DNA of 64,000 nucleotides from Eubacteriales bacterium. GTDB lineage: Bacteria; Bacillota; Clostridia; Oscillospirales; UMGS1783. The position numbers were made by a program, and so were the translations under genes. Below are positions 56,684-64,000 of this stretch, piece after piece. The notes beneath the pieces are model-generated. The model had not been told where the DNA came from and did no database searches. It worked only from the letters and a program-made list of their open reading frames with translations. Each line of letters opens with the position of its first letter. Within the stretch, counting starts at the first letter, position 1. Location: positions 27,857 to 91,856 of the forward strand of contig JAZOAH010000008.1 of assembly GCA_045595395.1 (NCBI GenBank), written 5' to 3'.

Positions 56684-57340
56684 TTATTTGCGATTGACCG
56701 ACTTGAAATAATTGACCGCCGCCTCTACATCCTGTGCGCAGAAAACAGCACTGCCCGCCACTAACACATCGGTGCCGGCATCGACCAACAGCTGGGCATT
56801 GTCGAAATTAACCCCGCCGTCTACCTCGATCAAATAGGAATATCCATGCTCTTTACGTTTCTGATCCAGCCATTCGATCTTGGGTAGCATATCCGCCATA
56901 AATTTCTGGCCGCCGAAGCCGGGCTCAACCGTCATGATCAACACCATGTCCAGCTCAGACAGATAGGGCTCGCAGACCTCGACCGACGTACCGGGCTTTA
57001 CCGTCAAAGCCGCACGGAGTCCGTGAGCCTTGATCTGATCTATACATCCCTGAATATCTTGCGTACTTTCGGTATGCACAGTGATGATATCCGCACCGGC
57101 TTTGGCGAAATCGTCAAGATAGCGCTCCGGCTCATTGATCATCAGATGAACGTCAAAAACAGCATCCGATGCTGTGCGCAAAGACTTGATCACGCACTGA
57201 CCCAGGGTAATGTTCGGTACAAAAGCACCGTCCATCACATCAATATGCAGGTACTGGGCGCCGGCATCCGTCACCTTTTTACAGTCACGAGCCAGATGAG
57301 CAAAATCAGCCGATAAAATCGAGGGTGCAACAATCGCCAT
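56684..57340 (-). CDS. rpe: Ribulose-phosphate 3-epimerase
   Basis: APSILSADF, HIDVMDG, MTVEPGFGGQ, EVDGG. Confidence 0.97.
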   Translation of the reverse strand: MAIVAPSILSADFAHLARDCKKVTDAGAQYLHIDVMDGAFVPNITLGQCVIKSLRTASDAVFDVHLMINEPERYLDDFAKAGADIITVHTESTQDIQGCIDQIKAHGLRAALTVKPGTSVEVCEPYLSELDMVLIMTVEPGFGGQKFMADMLPKIEWLDQKRKEHGYSYLIEVDGGVNFDNAQLLVDAGTDVLVAGSAVFCAQDVEAAVNYFKSVNRK

Positions 57341-57352
57341 AGTCTTCACTCC

Positions 57353-58006
57353 TTATTTCAAAATCAAATCTACTAATTGCGACGGCGTGACAGCCATACT
57401 ATCCGCACCGGCCGCAAGCAACTCTTCCCTGCCGCGATAACCCCACTCACAACCGATACAAGGCAGTCCGGCATTGTGGGCCGCATAGACATCGACATTG
57501 CTGTCGCCAATAAAGACCGCTTCGTCCTTAAACACCTTATGATCGCTCAGTATTTTTTGCAGATAGGTGGGATCCGGCTTGAGCGGATATCCGCTGCCGG
57601 CACCGTAAACGCCGCAAAAAGAAATGTCCGGAAGCAATTTTTGACACAGAACAAGCGAATGCTCCTCTGCCTTATTGGATAACACCGCTAAGTTGACACC
57701 CTGCACCTGCAAGGCCAGCAAAGCCTCTCGCAATCCTTCATAAGGATAGGTGTAATCGGCATAATGCGAGCTATAGGCTTCATGATAGATACGACACATA
57801 TCGGCAAACTGCTCTTCATTATCAAAGTCTGCCGGCAGGATGCGGCGCAGAGCGGTTTGAAAGCCGTTGCCGATCACCCGTCCAAACCGCTCCGGCGGGC
57901 ATGGTGCATAGCCATAAGTCTGTACGGCTGCATTAAAGGCGGGTAAAAGGTCGGGTTGTGTATTAAAAAGGGTGCCATCCAGGTCAAAAACAGCTAATTT
58001 ATACAT
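57353..58006 (-). CDS. HAD-family hydrolase (phosphoglycolate phosphatase-like)
   Basis: FDLDGTL, LSNK, KPDP, IGDS.VD. Confidence 0.9.
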   Translation of the reverse strand: MYKLAVFDLDGTLFNTQPDLLPAFNAAVQTYGYAPCPPERFGRVIGNGFQTALRRILPADFDNEEQFADMCRIYHEAYSSHYADYTYPYEGLREALLALQVQGVNLAVLSNKAEEHSLVLCQKLLPDISFCGVYGAGSGYPLKPDPTYLQKILSDHKVFKDEAVFIGDSNVDVYAAHNAGLPCIGCEWGYRGREELLAAGADSMAVTPSQLVDLILK

Positions 58007-58146
58007 TTTTTCACCGCAATAATATAAATTTCATGGTATTATAACACATGAAATTGAAAAAGAAAAGTTGATTTATTAAAAAATTTCATGTATAATAGAA
58101 ATAAATTAGATGTAACACCATTCTACAGAAAGGTTTGGTCGCCTCC

Positions 58147-58620
58147 ATGTATGCAATAGGAGACAAGGTCGTGTGTCCGATGCACGGCGCAGGGATCATT
58201 GAACAAATCGAAACACGCACCATCAATGGTGTCGATCAGCAGTATTATGTCGTTTCGCTCTTTTTAGGAAACATAAAGATCATGATACCTGTTGCCAAGG
58301 AAGCCTCTCAGATCCGGACCATCACGCATAAAGATCATGCGCAACATATTTTAGATGCCTTACACGATCTGGAAACCGAGCAAAACAGCAACTGGTCCAA
58401 GCGCTATCGAGAAAATATGGACAAGCTCAAATCCGGCGATCTCATTGAAACGGCAAAGGTCTTCAAAAGCCTGGTGTTGCGCAATAAAGAAAAGACTCTT
58501 TCGGCAGGCGAACGCAAGATGTTGCATAGCGCCAAGCAGATCCTGATGAGCGAACTCATGATCGCTCTGGACGCAGACATCAGCGATCTAGAACGAGAAA
58601 TATACAATGCCATAGGCTAA
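58147..58620 (+). CDS. carD: CarD family transcriptional regulator
   Basis: GDKVVCPMHGAG, NWSKRYRENMDKLKSG. Confidence 0.92.
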   Translation: MYAIGDKVVCPMHGAGIIEQIETRTINGVDQQYYVVSLFLGNIKIMIPVAKEASQIRTITHKDHAQHILDALHDLETEQNSNWSKRYRENMDKLKSGDLIETAKVFKSLVLRNKEKTLSAGERKMLHSAKQILMSELMIALDADISDLEREIYNAIG

Positions 58621-58651
58621 GCCCTATGGCATTACTCTTAGGAGGACAGGC

Positions 58652-59353
58652 ATGACAACGCATCGCACCTGTGCCATTATCGTAGCTGCCGGGCGCAGCA
58701 GTCGGATGGGACAAGATAAGCAACTGATCCCTATCGGCAACACCACCGTAATCGACCGATGTTTGGCAAATTTCCAACAAGCCGATACGATTGACGATAT
58801 TGTCGTTGTAACATCCGCAAGCCTCTGTGCACACGTGGCGCATACGGCGCAGACTAAAGTTTGCGCTATCATAGAAGGCGGAGCAACCCGCCAAGAATCG
58901 GTCCAGCGCGGTTTAGCTGCCGTTCCCTCCTCCTGTCAATATATAGCCATTCATGACGGAGCACGCCCCTTTGCTTCCCCTGCTCTCATTGATCGTGTTA
59001 ATCATGCGGCTTACAAAACCGGCGCTGCAGCACCGGTCATTCCTGTAACCAGCACTGTAAAGTTAATTGACGATACAGACAAAATCATTGATACGGTCGA
59101 TCGAAACCGATTGCGCCTGGTGCAGACACCACAGACTTTTGATTTGGCGCAATATCGGATGGCACTCGATGCAGCTATTCAGGCAAAAGAAGACCTGACC
59201 GATGACTGTCAGCTTTTTGAACGGCGAAACCAAACGATCGTATGGGTCGAAGGCAGCGAAGAAAACATTAAACTAACCACGCCGGCCGATATTGCGCTGG
59301 CGCAAATCATAGCACAAAGGATGGATGAGGATGAGAATAGGGATCGGATATGA
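58652..59353 (+). CDS. ispD: 2-C-methyl-D-erythritol 4-phosphate cytidylyltransferase
   Basis: [36 protein letters not shown]. Confidence 0.95.
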   Translation: MTTHRTCAIIVAAGRSSRMGQDKQLIPIGNTTVIDRCLANFQQADTIDDIVVVTSASLCAHVAHTAQTKVCAIIEGGATRQESVQRGLAAVPSSCQYIAIHDGARPFASPALIDRVNHAAYKTGAAAPVIPVTSTVKLIDDTDKIIDTVDRNRLRLVQTPQTFDLAQYRMALDAAIQAKEDLTDDCQLFERRNQTIVWVEGSEENIKLTTPADIALAQIIAQRMDEDENRDRI

Positions 59354-59807
59354 CGTACATCGCCTCAGAGAAGGGCGCAAGCTGATTCTGGGCGGCGTTG
59401 AGGTGCCGCACGCAATGGGGTTGGACGGACATTCAGATGCTGATGTACTGATCCACGCCATTATGGATGCCTTACTGGGCGCCTTGGCGCTAGGCGATAT
59501 CGGCAAACATTTTCCCGACACCGATGAACGATATCACGGCATTTCCAGCATACTCCTATTGGATCATTGCTGTGAATTGCTGCAAAAACACGGATACCGC
59601 ATTGTAAATATTGACTCAACCGTCATCGCACAGGCACCCAAGCTCGCCCCCTTTATTGAACAAATGAGAAACATGGTGGCAAAAGCCATGAGGATCGACA
59701 TCGAACAGGTCAGCATTAAAGCAACGACCGAAGAAAAACTAGGGTTTACCGGCGCCGAACTCGGTATCAGCGCACAGGCCGTTGCTCTGATTGAGAAAAA
59801 CATGTAA
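59331..59807 (+). CDS. ispF: 2-C-methyl-D-erythritol 2,4-cyclodiphosphate synthase
   Basis: [28 protein letters not shown]. Confidence 0.96.
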   Translation: MRIGIGYDVHRLREGRKLILGGVEVPHAMGLDGHSDADVLIHAIMDALLGALALGDIGKHFPDTDERYHGISSILLLDHCCELLQKHGYRIVNIDSTVIAQAPKLAPFIEQMRNMVAKAMRIDIEQVSIKATTEEKLGFTGAELGISAQAVALIEKNM

Positions 59808-59880
59808 ATTAGATGTTGCAAAATAACAAGAGTATGTGTAAAATAAGAACATAACATAATAATGGTAAGGAGTTTTTATC

Positions 59881-60450
59881 ATGAACGAAATCAATATCGA
59901 AACCTCCGCCCGTCACATCCATGTATCGGTTGCGGACCTGGAAAAACTGTTTGGTGCCGGCTATGCCCTCACTCCTAAGAAGGAACTGTCTCAGCCCGGT
60001 CAGTATGCCTGCAATGAGAAGGTTACCGTCAAAGGCCCGAAGGGTGAACTCAAGATGAGCATCCTTGGCCCTACCAGAAAGCAGACTCAGGTCGAGATCT
60101 CGCTGACTGACGCCCGCGCCATCGGCTTGAAGGTACCCATCCGTGAGTCGGGTGATCTGGCCGGAAGCGCCGGCTGCACCATCGTCGGCCCTGCCGGTGA
60201 AGTGACCATCGAAGAAGGCGTTGTTGCGGCCAAGAGACATATCCATCTTTCGGTAGACGAAGCGGCCGCTCTCGATGTGACCGACAAACAGATCGTCAAA
60301 GTGCAGATCGATTCGAAAGAGCGCTCCATCATCTTCGGCGATGTTGTCGTCCGTGTAAACAAGGATTATCGCAATGCCATGCATATCGACACCGACGAAT
60401 CCAACGCTGCCTGTCTGGACGGCACAGAAAAGGGTACGATCCTGAAATAA
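59881..60450 (+). CDS. pduL: Phosphate propanoyltransferase (PduL family)
   Basis: SARHIH, LSQPGQY, RESGD, AKRHIH, HIDTDE.NA. Confidence 0.93.
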   Translation: MNEINIETSARHIHVSVADLEKLFGAGYALTPKKELSQPGQYACNEKVTVKGPKGELKMSILGPTRKQTQVEISLTDARAIGLKVPIRESGDLAGSAGCTIVGPAGEVTIEEGVVAAKRHIHLSVDEAAALDVTDKQIVKVQIDSKERSIIFGDVVVRVNKDYRNAMHIDTDESNAACLDGTEKGTILK

Positions 60451-60459
60451 TCCATACAT

Positions 60460-60486
60460 ATCCCCTAACTTGCTTAGGGGATTTAT
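60460..60486 (+). terminator. Hairpin after pduL
   Basis: ATCCCCTAA-cttgc-TTAGGGGAT. Confidence 0.6.
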
Positions 60487-60506
60487 GTTATAAAGAAGGT
60501 GTTATC

Positions 60507-61781
60507 ATGAAACGATTGATCAGCTTAATTTTGATTCTCCTATTTAGCCTGAACTGCTTGCCTGTCCTGGCTACTGAGACGCAGCCAAAACAGGTTACCC
60601 TTATGAATTGCGACACCGGACGCAAAATCACAGCATCGGACGGAAGCACAGCCTTTACCATGGAAAATCATGACAACGACACAACCTTCAAGGACGCCGC
60701 AGGTAATTATCTGGATCTGAGCGGATCGCAACCTAAGAGCGTAAGCCATGCGATCTACTACACCGTGACCGAGCTGACTATGGGTCGCACTCACATTCAG
60801 TTAACCAACGGCAAGTACATTTATGATAGCGATGAGGGTACAGATAATGCCGCAACACTGGCTAACAGCAGCAACGGTACTCCCATCAATACCGCATGGT
60901 TTATTACCGATGCTGATGCGCAGCAGCCGCTCAAAGTTCTGACGATCGGTGATTCTCTGACCTATGGTGTGGATCAGGAATTAAGCAACACCAACAAACC
61001 CCGAGTGGCATACCGCCAGACCCTTTCGCAAAACCTGATCGATTATTTCGGCAAGGTCGCCTTTGTCGGAAATATTGATGAATACACGACCACCATCAAC
61101 GATCCGTATCTGTTCCGCCATTCGGGATACAGCGGTTATGTCATTGAAGATGTCTATCATATTGAAAATCATCCCGGTGTAAAACCCATGGTCAACGACA
61201 TGATGAAAAAATACAAGCCGGACATCGTGATCATGATGCTAGGCACCAACGATTTGTTTCAGTCAACGATGACAAAAGATATCTTCCCTCGTTGGGAGAG
61301 TTTCGTGCTGCAGGTCGAAGCTCAACTACCGGAAAACGGACTATTGATATGTTCTGCCATTCCGCCAACCGAAGGCAAAACCACCGAAACCATTTTCAAT
61401 GAAAATGTCCTGGTGAGAACGCGAGCGCTGGCCATGGAAGGCTACAAGGTCGGTTTTGCCGATCCCTATACACCGCTAAGCGAGCATACCGACACCTATC
61501 TCAACAAAGACGGTACTCATTTAAATTATATGGGCTATAATGTGATCGCCCGGGTCTTTACCGAGGCTATCACCACAGCCTACACAACCGACAGTGAAAA
61601 GGTTATGCCCAACCCCCTGATCCCTGCCGATCCTTATGCGGAAGCAAGCAGCGTTCCCGAAACCCAAGAGGGCTCAACAGACTCCCTCTCTCCCATGATT
61701 TTTATACTGATCGGTATTGGTGTGGTTGTGATCGCAACCGTCATCGTTCTGATTATCCGGCTAAAAAAGAAAAACAAGTAA
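60507..61781 (+). CDS. Exported, C-terminally anchored SGNH/GDSL hydrolase
   Basis: Signal peptide, GDSLT, GTND, DGTH blocks; C-terminal TM plus basic tail. Confidence 0.85.
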   Translation: MKRLISLILILLFSLNCLPVLATETQPKQVTLMNCDTGRKITASDGSTAFTMENHDNDTTFKDAAGNYLDLSGSQPKSVSHAIYYTVTELTMGRTHIQLTNGKYIYDSDEGTDNAATLANSSNGTPINTAWFITDADAQQPLKVLTIGDSLTYGVDQELSNTNKPRVAYRQTLSQNLIDYFGKVAFVGNIDEYTTTINDPYLFRHSGYSGYVIEDVYHIENHPGVKPMVNDMMKKYKPDIVIMMLGTNDLFQSTMTKDIFPRWESFVLQVEAQLPENGLLICSAIPPTEGKTTETIFNENVLVRTRALAMEGYKVGFADPYTPLSEHTDTYLNKDGTHLNYMGYNVIARVFTEAITTAYTTDSEKVMPNPLIPADPYAEASSVPETQEGSTDSLSPMIFILIGIGVVVIATVIVLIIRLKKKNK

Positions 61782-61787
61782 GTAAAG

Positions 61788-61814
61788 AAGCGGCGGAAAT
61801 TTCCGCCGCTTTTC
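61788..61814. terminator. Bidirectional terminator
   Basis: AAGCGGCGGA-aatt-TCCGCCGCTT. Confidence 0.82.
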
Positions 61815-63803
<1,989 letters not shown>

Positions 63804-64000
63804 CTATCCTAATTCTAAAAAGTTATTGACTTTATCCCACAGATCTTCATTTGTGGCAACATGCGTGTAATTATCCGGTACCTTACCCAACAATACCGAT
63901 TCTCCAAGCACGATGGATGTACTGACGGTGGCATATTCGGTATAAGCAGGCATAACGATACCTATCGTCACCGTCACCTCCAACAAAATCTGATGGATGG
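63804..64000 (-). CDS. yunB: Sporulation protein YunB, C-terminal part (truncated by window)
   Basis: LEVTVTIGIVMP...VSTSIVLGESVLLGKVPDNY resembles the YunB C-terminus. Confidence 0.65.
   Translation of the reverse strand, partial: IHQILLEVTVTIGIVMPAYTEYATVSTSIVLGESVLLGKVPDNYTHVATNEDLWDKVNNFLELG

Noticed and set aside
59881-60450. Stand-alone pduL as a sign of a microcompartment locus
   Set aside because: No shell genes nearby; free-standing PduL acts as an ordinary phosphotransacylase in many anaerobes
59809-60459. 216-aa minus-strand ORF
   Set aside because: Antisense shadow of pduL

Overview
Chromosomal window from a spore-forming Firmicute (Clostridia-like gene set: spoIVA, spoIIIAA-AH, spoIIM, dpaAB, yunB). 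It is mostly housekeeping genes: nusB-xseAB-ispA-dxs-tlyA-nadK-argR-recN, prfA, lepA, acn/icd, tsaD, polA, folD, SRP RNA-dnaX-ybaB-recR, carD-ispDF, ligA. The outstanding feature is an apparently intact 5,635-bp Microviridae (gokushovirus-like) prophage at 19478-25131. It carries VP1, VP2, VP3, VP4, VP5, VP8, an origin hairpin and six small unassigned ORFs, and is bounded by a perfect 19-bp direct repeat. It encodes no integrase. It sits in a symmetric dif-like 11-6-11 site 16 bp upstream of a catalytically intact Xer-family recombinase gene. That site overlaps the -10 box of a near-consensus sigma-A promoter that would transcribe the recombinase gene in the empty chromosome. Integration moves the promoter 5.6 kb away, where it points antisense into the phage rep gene, and leaves a broken promoter at attL. 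The neighbouring XerD/RipX has substituted catalytic residues. A separate Bacillus-type dif-like site at 38053-38080 is not used by the phage. Gene orientation flips from mostly + to mostly - near here, which is compatible with the terminus region. All functional interpretations are inferences from sequence reading alone; no searches were run.
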